Origin: an uncultured Thiotrichaceae bacterium
GTDB taxonomy: Bacteria > Pseudomonadota > Gammaproteobacteria > SZUA-229
Reading direction: 5' to 3'
Assembly (NCBI GenBank): GCA_964531165.1
Contig: CAZHEA010000004.1
Coordinates: 24,476-88,475 of the forward strand
Length of the DNA stretch: 64,000 bases
A program made the position numbers and the translations under genes. The notes below the pieces were generated by a model. The model worked only from the letters and a program-made list of their open reading frames with translations, searched no databases and was not told the origin of the DNA. Of the stretch, positions 20,084-28,787 are shown piece by piece. Every line of letters begins with the position of its first letter. Position 1 is the first letter of the stretch.

Positions 20084-20955
20084 TCCGATTCCTTTTCAAG
20101 TAGCAGTTGTGCTTTTTGTTTTGCAATATTATTGATTAATGCGAAGTCGATATTTATATCGGCCTGTGTATTAATGACTTTGTTTAAATGCAGGTTAAAG
20201 CTTTGTTGATCAAGCCTCTGTCGGTCAAGAAATTGTGCCTGTAATAAGTCAATAATTAAAAGTCGATTATTATTCAATGCACGGGCTTTTTCGAAATGCT
20301 TTTCAGATAATTCAAGTTTGCCGCCTAACATGGGTGACCGGCTGCCATAGTAAACCCCGAAAAAGATATGAGGTCCGGCCATGTAAAAACTTTCGTCAAG
20401 CTCCAGTACCCGTTGCATTAACATGACGGCGCGGGGTAAATCTGCAATGGCTTCTGCTTTGTCGCGGTTGTGGTCTATCCATTTTGCCCAGTTTGATGCA
20501 GCCCAGAAAAGTGCAGCAATTTCATCTTCATCAATATTGTTTAATTTGTTCTGTAGTGTGTCGAGCTCACCGAACAAAATATTTCTGCTTAATCCGTTTT
20601 GTTGTAAGTTATTAATTGCATGGTTTAGTCCGCGGCGATAAAAACGTGCTGCACGCTGTGCATCATTATCTTCAACAAAGCCATAGGCATATCCGTAATA
20701 GGCCTGAGCTGCATAATTGCGAAGTTTTTCGTTGTCGGGTGAATTAATAATCATGCCTTCCATAAGCTCGATATTAGGCGGCATGGCGGCAGCGGCAAGC
20801 TGTAAATCGGCTTCACGATTGAGAGCCAGCATGCCGCCTTCAATCATCGGCATTGAGGCTTTAACCGTCAGTTCTGCCATTGAGCAGGCGCTAAGCTGGA
20901 TGACGATATAGGCGAAGAAGATTCTACGAAGTGTTAACGGCAGTAATTGTTTCAT
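20074..20955 (-). CDS. TRAP T-component lipoprotein (TatT)
   Basis: Lipobox LSAC, TPR-like helices, RVLELDESFY.AG, MLGG....SEKHFEKA; first gene of TRAP operon. Confidence 0.85.
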   Translation of the reverse strand: MKQLLPLTLRRIFFAYIVIQLSACSMAELTVKASMPMIEGGMLALNREADLQLAAAAMPPNIELMEGMIINSPDNEKLRNYAAQAYYGYAYGFVEDNDAQRAARFYRRGLNHAINNLQQNGLSRNILFGELDTLQNKLNNIDEDEIAALFWAASNWAKWIDHNRDKAEAIADLPRAVMLMQRVLELDESFYMAGPHIFFGVYYGSRSPMLGGKLELSEKHFEKARALNNNRLLIIDLLQAQFLDRQRLDQQSFNLHLNKVINTQADINIDFALINNIAKQKAQLLLEKESEWF

Positions 20956-21162
20956 TTTACAGATGTCTGTTTTTAGGTTGTCAGCGTATTATGGCTCAAG
21001 CATAACACAGTGTTTTATCAGATGTGATTGCATTTGCGGGAACAATGAAGTTTGGTTAAAAAGAAAATTTAACTGAACTTTAATGCTTCGGAGCCTGCAG
21101 TAAAGAAGGTAGTTTTAGTATGGGTACTGTAGGTGGCCGGGTGTTTCAGTTGGCAACAAACA

Positions 21163-21915
21163 TTATGCCGTTTCTGCTTGCCGCCAGTTTATTAAAATAT
21201 TTTTTACACGTCCATCCATAACCTTAATGGCTTTAAATGGCTGGCCATTCCATAATCGCGGAAAGACTCTGCGATGCGTTGGAAAAACAAGCCCATCAAA
21301 TATTTTGTGGTCTTCACAAAGATGGCTGCCAATGGCTAATGGGCTAATGACATCGGCGGTATAGTCCTGGCGTTTAAGCAGGCCTTTCTGATCGAAGTAA
21401 AAAACCTGCTGGTTGCAGTGAGTCGGTATATTGCCAGGGTAACGAACATTCAATGTGCTGAGAATATTGCCGTCATTGTCTAAAAAATCTTCACCCTGGT
21501 GGCATTCAAAACCTTTGCTCTGAAAAATATAAGGGCTGCAGTTGTAGTTCCACAGGGCATAGCCCAGAAAGTAAATTAAGTCGAGGTGGTCCCAGTGCAG
21601 GCGGGGCTTGGTTTTTAGTTCATCGCAATTACGGTAGTTGCGTTCACAGTAGACTTTATCGTTGGCATTAAATATATAAACGTCAAAACCATCGAATATA
21701 CCCGTGTGGCCTTTTTCGGGAAAATCGTGAATGCTCACATAGGGTTTGTCAGTAAAAATATTGGCATTGATATTGGGAAGCCAGGGGGATTTAAATTTGG
21801 TAAGTAAAATCGGGCCGAAAATATCCATTTGCATTTGAATAGACTCGACCATTTGCCAGCGCTCAATGCCACCGTGGGCATTGCAGATTCGGTTAATTAA
21901 ATCATTTGTCACCAT
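21163..21915 (-). CDS. Hypothetical protein (AHGG..RW N-terminus, beta-rich)
   Basis: 250 aa ORF divergent from a TetR gene; function not recognised. Confidence 0.75.
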   Translation of the reverse strand: MVTNDLINRICNAHGGIERWQMVESIQMQMDIFGPILLTKFKSPWLPNINANIFTDKPYVSIHDFPEKGHTGIFDGFDVYIFNANDKVYCERNYRNCDELKTKPRLHWDHLDLIYFLGYALWNYNCSPYIFQSKGFECHQGEDFLDNDGNILSTLNVRYPGNIPTHCNQQVFYFDQKGLLKRQDYTADVISPLAIGSHLCEDHKIFDGLVFPTHRRVFPRLWNGQPFKAIKVMDGRVKNILINWRQAETA

Positions 21916-21968
21916 GGCTGGCTCCGGTTTGTTTTTACTTAAGCTTTATCGGCTGTTGTTCTTGATGC

Positions 21969-21987
21969 ATGTGGGCACTGTCCACAT
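21969..21987. promoter_or_regulatory. Candidate TetR operator
   Basis: ATGTGGGCA-C-TGTCCACAT palindrome (8/9 arm match) in the divergent intergenic region. Confidence 0.65.
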
Positions 21988-22032
21988 TGTCTAATTTAAT
22001 GATAGACTATAGCCTTGTCAACGGCTATTTGG

Positions 22033-22743
22033 ATGCGAAACTTGGAGCAGCTTAGTTATCATCACGGAGATTTACGCAATTCATTGGTAAATGTGGGCTT
22101 AACGATGCTCAATGATAAAGGTGTTGCGGGTGTAAGTCTGCGTGAAATAGCACGTAATATAGGTGTCGGGCATAATGCGCCTTACCGGCATTTTCGGAAT
22201 AAGCAGAAACTGTTAGAGGCTATCGCCGAATCGGGTTTTCGCAAACTTAAAGCCCGTAACACCCGCCTTGAGCTGGAATTCGCCAATGACCCTGAATCGC
22301 AGTTATTCGAAAGTGCGATGCACATTATTAGCATGGCTGCTGAGCAGCCTAACTTGTTTCAACTGATGTTTGGTGGTCATCTGCAATTTCAGGTGCAGCC
22401 ACAAAATAGTGGCTGTGATTTAAAGCAGGCGGCGGATGAGGCGATGCAGAGCCTGGTCGGTATTATTAAAAACGGCCAGAAGCTGGATGTGTTTATTAAT
22501 GGCGATCCCGCCACTTTGGCGCTCAGTGCGATGTCGATGGTGCAGGGTGTGGCGATGATGGTGTCTTCGGGTAAGCTGCGGCCACAAATACAAATTATGT
22601 CTGCCGGCAGGTCTGTAAGGAAGTCTACCGGGCAAGAAACAACACAAAATAAAACCTGGGCAAATCAACAAACCTTATTACGCGGCATGGTGCTGCAATT
22701 GTTTGATGTGTTTTTGCTGGGGTTAAAACAGAAAACCGAATAA
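22033..22743 (+). CDS. TetR/AcrR family transcriptional regulator
   Basis: YHHGDLR, SLREIARNIGVGHNAPYRHFRNK helix-turn-helix; ATG 22033 (ORF open from 22015). Confidence 0.93.
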   Translation: MRNLEQLSYHHGDLRNSLVNVGLTMLNDKGVAGVSLREIARNIGVGHNAPYRHFRNKQKLLEAIAESGFRKLKARNTRLELEFANDPESQLFESAMHIISMAAEQPNLFQLMFGGHLQFQVQPQNSGCDLKQAADEAMQSLVGIIKNGQKLDVFINGDPATLALSAMSMVQGVAMMVSSGKLRPQIQIMSAGRSVRKSTGQETTQNKTWANQQTLLRGMVLQLFDVFLLGLKQKTE

Positions 22744-22776
22744 ATGTCTTTCAATCAAATAAAAATAGAAAAATAA

Positions 22777-23658
22777 ATGCTTAAAAAAATTATTATACTG
22801 ACCGGGCTTCCGGTAATTGCGTTACTCGCCGCATATTTTTATGGGGTTTACCAAAATAATCGAGATGTAGTCTATCCGCAAACGGCTCAAATACAACAGC
22901 AGTTAGAGCAGTCGATTCAGTGGCTTAAAAACAATGAAACTCAAATTTTAGCCCAGCCCAATGCAATGTTGTGGTGGATGTTATTTGAAGTGCAAAAGCT
23001 ATCGGCTGACCCGCGCATTGTGGATTTGTTAAACCAGTATTACCTGCGCTATCCGCGCATAAAACAAAGCGTATGGGGGCCGCTGTTTGATGGCGTGGCG
23101 CACAGAAACTTAGGCGGCTATTCGGTGCAGGGGCTGCCTTACTACAATCAGCATTTTGTTTATGCGTTAAATTGCGCTGCTGATATAGCCGATGATTCTT
23201 TTATTGTTGAGAAACAGAATCAGGCAGACTTCTGTCACCAGTCTGCGTATTTTTATCGCCCTGCCTGTATAACCCACCAGTTAATGGGTATTAATTTTTT
23301 ATTCATCAAACAATGCAATTTGCTGCCCGATATCGATGAAGTGAGTCAGTCATTGCAGCGGGATATTGTTGGTCAGTTAACCTGGGATATTCGCGTGGTG
23401 GATGTTTATTTGCAGCGCGTGTTAATGCTGTTAATTACCGGGGCTGAAGCCAGCATAAAACCAGTGTGGATTCAGCAGGTATTAGATCATCAATTAGCCG
23501 ATGGTGGTTGGGGGGATTTTGATCGATTGCTGGGCAGTGGAACGGGGCGTTCCATTGGTTTTAGCTCGAAAGTGATATCACTGGGGCAGGAAAAAAGCAG
23601 TTTTCATGCGACCGCACAGGGGGTGTATATTTTGAGTTATTTAGTGGCGAATCAATAA
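22777..23658 (+). CDS. Hypothetical membrane-anchored protein, possibly alpha/alpha-barrel
   Basis: N-terminal TM; QW-like motif HQLADGGWG. Confidence 0.7.
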   Translation: MLKKIIILTGLPVIALLAAYFYGVYQNNRDVVYPQTAQIQQQLEQSIQWLKNNETQILAQPNAMLWWMLFEVQKLSADPRIVDLLNQYYLRYPRIKQSVWGPLFDGVAHRNLGGYSVQGLPYYNQHFVYALNCAADIADDSFIVEKQNQADFCHQSAYFYRPACITHQLMGINFLFIKQCNLLPDIDEVSQSLQRDIVGQLTWDIRVVDVYLQRVLMLLITGAEASIKPVWIQQVLDHQLADGGWGDFDRLLGSGTGRSIGFSSKVISLGQEKSSFHATAQGVYILSYLVANQ

Positions 23659-23730
23659 ATTGTAGTCGGTCTTAAAAAAGGGATGTGGAAATTTGTATTA
23701 TGCTGATCGCTATCGACAGGAGTATTAGCA

Positions 23731-23806
23731 GGGGGCAGAGTCAAATTTGATTCGGCTAAGCGATCAGCCTGCATCGTTCTTACGTATCAAGTTTGACTCA
23801 GATTCC
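23731..23806. repeat. Degenerate GGGGTCAGAGTC-type palindromic repeat
   Basis: GAGTCAAATTTGAT (23738-23751) vs ATCAAGTTTGACTC (23786-23799), 13/14 inverted match; ends resemble the element at 63255. Confidence 0.6.
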
Positions 23807-23900
23807 GTTGACTTATAATCCAGCTGAAAAACCTAAATAATACCTGACTAATATACTATGGTATAATCCCGTGCTTTGAATATAAGTCAGAATCCAAACT

Positions 23901-24287
23901 GTGCCATCTTCTCAGCTATTGTCCATTGTCGAAATCGGCGGCTATCCAAATTTTACGGCGTTGTACCAGCAAAAAGGTTTTGCGGTAGAGCAGGTGGACA
24001 GCATGCGTAAGGCGACTAAACTACTGAAAAAGTTGAAGCCGTCTGTGGTAGTCGCGGAGTTTAATTTTCAGTCGGATTTTCGTGACCGCACCAGCAGTCT
24101 GGAAACCCTTATGGCGACGGTGCAGCGTATTCCTGATTGCCGGGTGATTGTGTTTTATGAAAAAGACCAGTTGCCGCAACTGCAGCGGGTGCTGGCGATA
24201 TTCGATATTTTTTCCACCATTGCTTTCCCGATTGAAGAGTCGGTGATAAGTGATGTGATAGATAGTGCGTTGGAGTCGATTGCATGA
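23901..24287 (+). CDS. Hypothetical protein, atypical receiver-like fold
   Basis: beta/alpha pattern KPSVVVAEF with Glu at the usual phospho-Asp position; stop overlaps next start (ATGA). Confidence 0.75.
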   Translation: MPSSQLLSIVEIGGYPNFTALYQQKGFAVEQVDSMRKATKLLKKLKPSVVVAEFNFQSDFRDRTSSLETLMATVQRIPDCRVIVFYEKDQLPQLQRVLAIFDIFSTIAFPIEESVISDVIDSALESIA

Positions 24288-24970
24288 GTGTAGAAATGTT
24301 GTTTTCAAAGCTGCCGGGATGCCGTGAGCGCTTGTTAAAGCGGCAGTTTGAAAATCCTTTATTCGGTGACATTACCATTGAGCCCTTTGATATTCAGGAT
24401 GCTCGCCGTGAAGATTCGGCAGATGTGGAAGCCTTTATTAATGATTTTCGTGATTTGGTGGTACGGGTAACCGAGCTGGAACCCAGCGCAGATGCGGAGT
24501 TGGTGCTAAAACTCAAAGAAGCGCTGGATAAAACCTACGAAGCCAGCGCCGGGTTAGCGGGTGATCAAAACGAAATTCGCGAAATGATAAAACGCCTGCT
24601 AGGCATGATGATGCAAAGCATGTGGAAAGCAGTCGGCAATGATGCCATGGGCATCTCCAAACTGGAAATGGAAGAGCAGGCACGACAGGCGCATTTTGCT
24701 TTATTACAGCACGCTTTTATTGCCGATTTACTGGCCCCGGACAGTGTGATTAATGAGGCGCTGATGGTGCCCAGTCTGTTGAGTGAGGCCGCCGAAACGG
24801 TGATTCTGGCAGTGCAATTGTTCGATCCGGAACAACAGCAACTGGTGTATCAGCAGGGTGTTGAGCTATTGAAAGGGCTGGATGATGCGCACCCGCGGGT
24901 ACAGCAAGCCCGGCAACGTTTGCAGGATATTGCCAGCGTAATGGCACCAGCGAACCAGCAGCCGGGTTAA
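24284..24970 (+). CDS. Hypothetical alpha-helical protein
   Basis: 228 aa ORF coupled to upstream gene; PGCRERLLKRQFENPLF N-terminus. Confidence 0.8.
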   Translation: MSVEMLFSKLPGCRERLLKRQFENPLFGDITIEPFDIQDARREDSADVEAFINDFRDLVVRVTELEPSADAELVLKLKEALDKTYEASAGLAGDQNEIREMIKRLLGMMMQSMWKAVGNDAMGISKLEMEEQARQAHFALLQHAFIADLLAPDSVINEALMVPSLLSEAAETVILAVQLFDPEQQQLVYQQGVELLKGLDDAHPRVQQARQRLQDIASVMAPANQQPG

Positions 24971-25043
24971 GCAGGGTTGGAAAAAACCTAAATCACCTCC
25001 ATATTGAAGCAGATAATCAGTTACACAATTTAGAGAAAGTATT

Positions 25044-25748
25044 ATGAAAGACTCAGGCATAAGACCCGAAACAGGCATTTTAGAATCATCCACCGATGAA
25101 GAGGCGCGCGCTTATTTAGAAGAGCAGCTGCGTAATCACCAGTTTGAATTAACCCAGTTGGCCCGCGATGCAGACCCGATTGACGTAGCAAAAGTTAAAA
25201 TGGATATTGCCAACGCGCAGTTGGGCTTAGAGCAAAATGAGAATGCCTGGAACGAATCGAAAGCTGCCTTTGAGGCGTTTATTGAAAAAGAAGATTGGGC
25301 CAGTGCCATCGAAGCTTGCGATATTATGTATCAATGCGAGCAACCTGCGTCAATTCAGGCGCTGGTGCACGGGGTGTGGTTATCAGTGACATATCCGGTG
25401 GACCCGGAATACACCATCGGTATGATGAGTTACATTGTTGATGAAACGCCGAATGATTCGGATGGTGCGGCGGTTGCTGCAGCGACTGCCCAGTATATTG
25501 TCGATATTCGTGCCTCGGATGAGAAGCACGATAGTCTGTCGTTCTTAACCAAGAACATGATCACCAAAGTCGCCCAGCGCCACTCGGATGTAAACAGTCA
25601 GGACAAGCTGGATTTCTGGATGGAAAAAATGAATTTGAAAGATCCGGAAAAATTCCTGCCGATGATGGGCTCGGTGATTGACGCGATTGCTAATGGCCAG
25701 TGGTGGTTTGACCGTGATGCGCTGCGCGCCAAGTTGCCGGTGAATTGA
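25044..25748 (+). CDS. Hypothetical acidic helical (TPR-like) protein
   Basis: 234 aa ORF; GVWLSVTYPVDPE and DETP.DSDGAAVAAA blocks. Confidence 0.8.
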   Translation: MKDSGIRPETGILESSTDEEARAYLEEQLRNHQFELTQLARDADPIDVAKVKMDIANAQLGLEQNENAWNESKAAFEAFIEKEDWASAIEACDIMYQCEQPASIQALVHGVWLSVTYPVDPEYTIGMMSYIVDETPNDSDGAAVAAATAQYIVDIRASDEKHDSLSFLTKNMITKVAQRHSDVNSQDKLDFWMEKMNLKDPEKFLPMMGSVIDAIANGQWWFDRDALRAKLPVN

Positions 25749-25776
25749 TTGTGTGAGGCGGGCGGGTGAGAGAGGA

Positions 25777-25856
25777 TTAAATCCCGCCTGGTTTGCCTTT
25801 TTAAAGAGGGGAGCATGTAAACGCCCTCCTGGCAAAAGAGAGGTCAGGGATATTTC
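25777..25856. repeat. Possible decayed CCCC-TTT/AAA-GGGG REP-like pair between convergent genes
   Basis: AAATCCCGCC..CCTTTTTAAAGAGGGGAG and CCCTCCTGGCAAAAGAGAGG..AGGGATATTT in opposing orientation; heavily degenerate. Confidence 0.35.
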
Positions 25857-25884
25857 CCCGGCTCTTTGAATCATTCGTTGTTAT

Positions 25885-26169
25885 TTAGTCTTTATCTTTA
25901 GTCGATTTCAACCCATGCATCTTGACCACATTGGTTTTAGGCTTGTCGCCTTTATATATTGGCCGGTGTAAACTCGGCTTGCCCAGAGCTTCAGATATTT
26001 CTTTCTCGCGGGCAGCGATCAGTAAAAAACCCTTGCGTACATCTTCCATGGTGTTTTCACTTAAAGGGTGCTTCATGCCCGGGTCCGGAGTGATATCGCG
26101 GATCACACTGGAAATGACTTTACGTAGGGTAATTAGTACATCGAGTTCTTTCTTTAAATCGGTTTCCAT
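25885..26169 (-). CDS. Small hypothetical protein
   Basis: RKVISSVIRDITPDPGMKHPLS...IAAREKE; ATG 26169 with AGGA upstream. Confidence 0.75.
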   Translation of the reverse strand: METDLKKELDVLITLRKVISSVIRDITPDPGMKHPLSENTMEDVRKGFLLIAAREKEISEALGKPSLHRPIYKGDKPKTNVVKMHGLKSTKDKD

Positions 26170-26316
26170 AAAAATCCTGTCGGCCTGACCAGTAGGCGTG
26201 ATATTAGCGGGCAAAGTTGCGTTGAATAAATTATAACCTGTATGGGAAGATAATTTACCCTATTATTAGTATTTGCTATAATACTTGACCAGTTTACTAC
26301 GTTATTGTGAGTTCCT

Positions 26317-26556
26317 ATGCCTTATTATGTATATAAAGTCCAATCCGCCGAGCTTGTGATGTTAAAGCAGCTTGATCTAGTGAAAACCTTCGACAAGTTT
26401 AAAGAAGCTAAAAGCTACGCTCGCGATTTGCGTTCCAACCAGGAAGAGATGGATGTCTCTGAAGTGAAGGTGATGTTTGCTGACAACCAGCTGGCTGCCG
26501 AAGAAATGCTGATGGAGAAGCGCGATAAGCCTATTACCATGGAGCATGAAAAGTAG
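26317..26556 (+). CDS. Small hypothetical protein
   Basis: 79 aa; MPYYVYK...FKEAK..AR...VKVMFA.N.L.AEE. Confidence 0.75.
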   Translation: MPYYVYKVQSAELVMLKQLDLVKTFDKFKEAKSYARDLRSNQEEMDVSEVKVMFADNQLAAEEMLMEKRDKPITMEHEK

Positions 26557-26562
26557 CGAAAT

Positions 26563-27027
26563 ATGGATGAAGATAGCTACCGTGAGGTTTATAACCGTAT
26601 TAACACGGCGCCCTGCGTATTTGAAAAAGGTATTCTGTCGCTAAAGTCGCAGTGCTCTTATCAACATAAGTTTCACCTTGCCGACCGTCATTGCGTGGGC
26701 TGTACCGATACGGTGATGCAGATAAACTGCAAGGCGTTTCTCGATCATCTGCGCCAGCAAACCCGCTTTGTCTTTAAGATTAGTATCGACGGGCCGTTGC
26801 CGCATAATAAAGAAATTAAGGTACAAAATGGCGGTATGCAGGGTATGCAGCAAATTTTGTTGAAAAATTCGCACGCCGATGATGTAAATCAATCCCTGCC
26901 GGATATTGCGGCGTTAATGCTGAAATCCATTGAGCGCTATGGGAATATTGAAGCGGTGCCGTATAATTTAATTATGCCCAGTGTGACCAATTATAAAACC
27001 CGCCCGAAGCGACAGAAGAAATCGTAA
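26563..27027 (+). CDS. Hypothetical Cys-containing protein
   Basis: Five Cys in the N-terminal half (PCVFEK, QC, HCVGC, NC); LPHNKEIKVQNGG. Confidence 0.78.
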   Translation: MDEDSYREVYNRINTAPCVFEKGILSLKSQCSYQHKFHLADRHCVGCTDTVMQINCKAFLDHLRQQTRFVFKISIDGPLPHNKEIKVQNGGMQGMQQILLKNSHADDVNQSLPDIAALMLKSIERYGNIEAVPYNLIMPSVTNYKTRPKRQKKS

Positions 27028-27111
27028 TAATTGCCGTATCAGCAGTGCGTAGTTTGCTATAGTTGCAGTGGCAGTGCGGATAAATAAAACTAAATTTAAA
27101 AGAGGAAATTC

Positions 27112-27432
27112 ATGCGTCGAGCAAGAACCGTAGAAGAGTATGTGGCGTGGATAAAAGATGCACTTTATGAGGTGGAAGATATGCGTGCCTCTATTGAATA
27201 TGATGAAGAAGGCATGGGAGCCGCCCGGCCTTACATTGAAGATATAGAGCGCAGCCTGAAAGATATTTTTCAACTGATGGAGTCCGGGGATTATTGCTGG
27301 AATACCGGTGACCTTTCGTATGTGTCTGTTATCCGTGATTTAGATGAAAGTGTGGTGCCGTTTCGCCAGCTGTTAATTCGTATTAATGAAACCCATAAAG
27401 TCGGCCTTGAAACGCAGGACGATCAGGAATAA
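27112..27432 (+). CDS. Small acidic hypothetical protein
   Basis: 106 aa; AGAGGA RBS; PFRQLL.RINETHKVGL. Confidence 0.78.
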   Translation: MRRARTVEEYVAWIKDALYEVEDMRASIEYDEEGMGAARPYIEDIERSLKDIFQLMESGDYCWNTGDLSYVSVIRDLDESVVPFRQLLIRINETHKVGLETQDDQE

Positions 27433-27434
27433 TT

Positions 27435-28040
27435 ATGCCCCATAACAAGGATGAGTTTGAACATAATTCTACCCATAATTCTACAGGGGACAGTCCCTGG
27501 AAAACCCTTAGTACACAACCGGTTTATAATAATGCGTGGATAAAAGTTGAAGAGCATCAGGTTATTAATCCGGGGGGAGGTAATGGTATTTATGGCAAGG
27601 TGAGTTTTAAAAATCAGGCGGTGGGCATTATTCCAGTGGATGATGAAGGCAATACCTGGATTGTTGGTCAGCATCGCTATACATTAAACGAATGGTCGTG
27701 GGAAATCCCCATGGGTGGCTCGCCCATTAAAGAGGATAACGTCAAAACTGCAAAGCGTGAACTCGAAGAGGAAACCGGCTTAATCGCAGGAAAAATAACG
27801 AAACTATTACATCTTCATCCATCAAATTCTATCACCGACGAGCAGGGCTATGTTTTTTTGGCTACTGATTTAAGTGATGGGGTTCAGGCGCTTGAAGATA
27901 CGGAAAAAGATATACAGGTAAAAAAGCTGCCCTTTAATGATGTGGTTGAAATGGCAAAAAACGGTGAAATAACAGATGCTATCAGCGTCGCCGGTATTTT
28001 TTATCTGGCACTTAACTGGGATCAGCTGGTTAATAAATGA
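27435..28040 (+). CDS. Nudix hydrolase, ADP-ribose pyrophosphatase-like
   Basis: WEIPMGG...AKRELEEETG, GEITDAIS. Confidence 0.9.
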   Translation: MPHNKDEFEHNSTHNSTGDSPWKTLSTQPVYNNAWIKVEEHQVINPGGGNGIYGKVSFKNQAVGIIPVDDEGNTWIVGQHRYTLNEWSWEIPMGGSPIKEDNVKTAKRELEEETGLIAGKITKLLHLHPSNSITDEQGYVFLATDLSDGVQALEDTEKDIQVKKLPFNDVVEMAKNGEITDAISVAGIFYLALNWDQLVNK

Positions 28041-28208
28041 AATGATAAAAATAGATAAAATAAAGCGTTAGCCGGTTGTCAGCTATCAGGTGGAATTAAT
28101 AGTGGGTGAGCGCTTACCTGTCACTATAATATCAATCAGGCTATCTTTTTATTGGTGAGTCAAATAAACACTGTGATAGCCGTTTAACAGAATTAATTTC
28201 AGCATCCG

Positions 28209-28688
28209 ATGAGGCGCTATATCGTGCAAAAAAAGCCGGTCGAAACTGTGTCAGCTAATGAGCGTGTTAGCGCGGCGGTGGCAACATTGTTAATACAGAA
28301 TAATAAAATATTACTAGGCCGACGATTTTCTGATAACAACATTGAGAGTACGTTTGAGGGCTGGCAATGCCCCGGTGGCTATTTGTTGGAAGGTGAAACA
28401 ATAGAGCAATCGGCTAAACGAATATGCAAACAAAAAGCCGGTATTATTATTGGCGGACTACGTGCCGGGCCTTATAGTAATAATCTGTTTTCTGAATCCT
28501 TACATACGGTTAGCCTGTATGTAATTGCGGATAGTTATCAGATCGTTGATTCGCGGCAATTCAATAGTTCATTGTTTAAATGGAGCTGGTTTACTATTAG
28601 TCGCTTGCCCGCGCCACTATATCTGCCATTGAAAAATGTATTTAATGGTCGAGAAAATATTTATATAACTGATAGTGATAGCGGGTAG
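28209..28688 (+). CDS. Nudix-fold protein with degenerate Nudix box
   Basis: ILLGRR..GWQCPGGYLLEGETIEQSAKRICKQKAG; RExxEE replaced. Confidence 0.75.
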   Translation: MRRYIVQKKPVETVSANERVSAAVATLLIQNNKILLGRRFSDNNIESTFEGWQCPGGYLLEGETIEQSAKRICKQKAGIIIGGLRAGPYSNNLFSESLHTVSLYVIADSYQIVDSRQFNSSLFKWSWFTISRLPAPLYLPLKNVFNGRENIYITDSDSG

Positions 28689-28787
28689 TCAGAACAAATG
28701 TTACTACAATGAGCTATATAATTAATAGTATAAACAATAGCGAAAAGCGCTAGCAAACCAGTCACCAATGATAAAAGTGCAGGGGTT

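Noticed and set aside
27462-27484. 12-bp tandem duplication (HNST-HNST) at the Nudix N-terminus
   Set aside because: Two copies, in frame, in a disordered tail; no evident function
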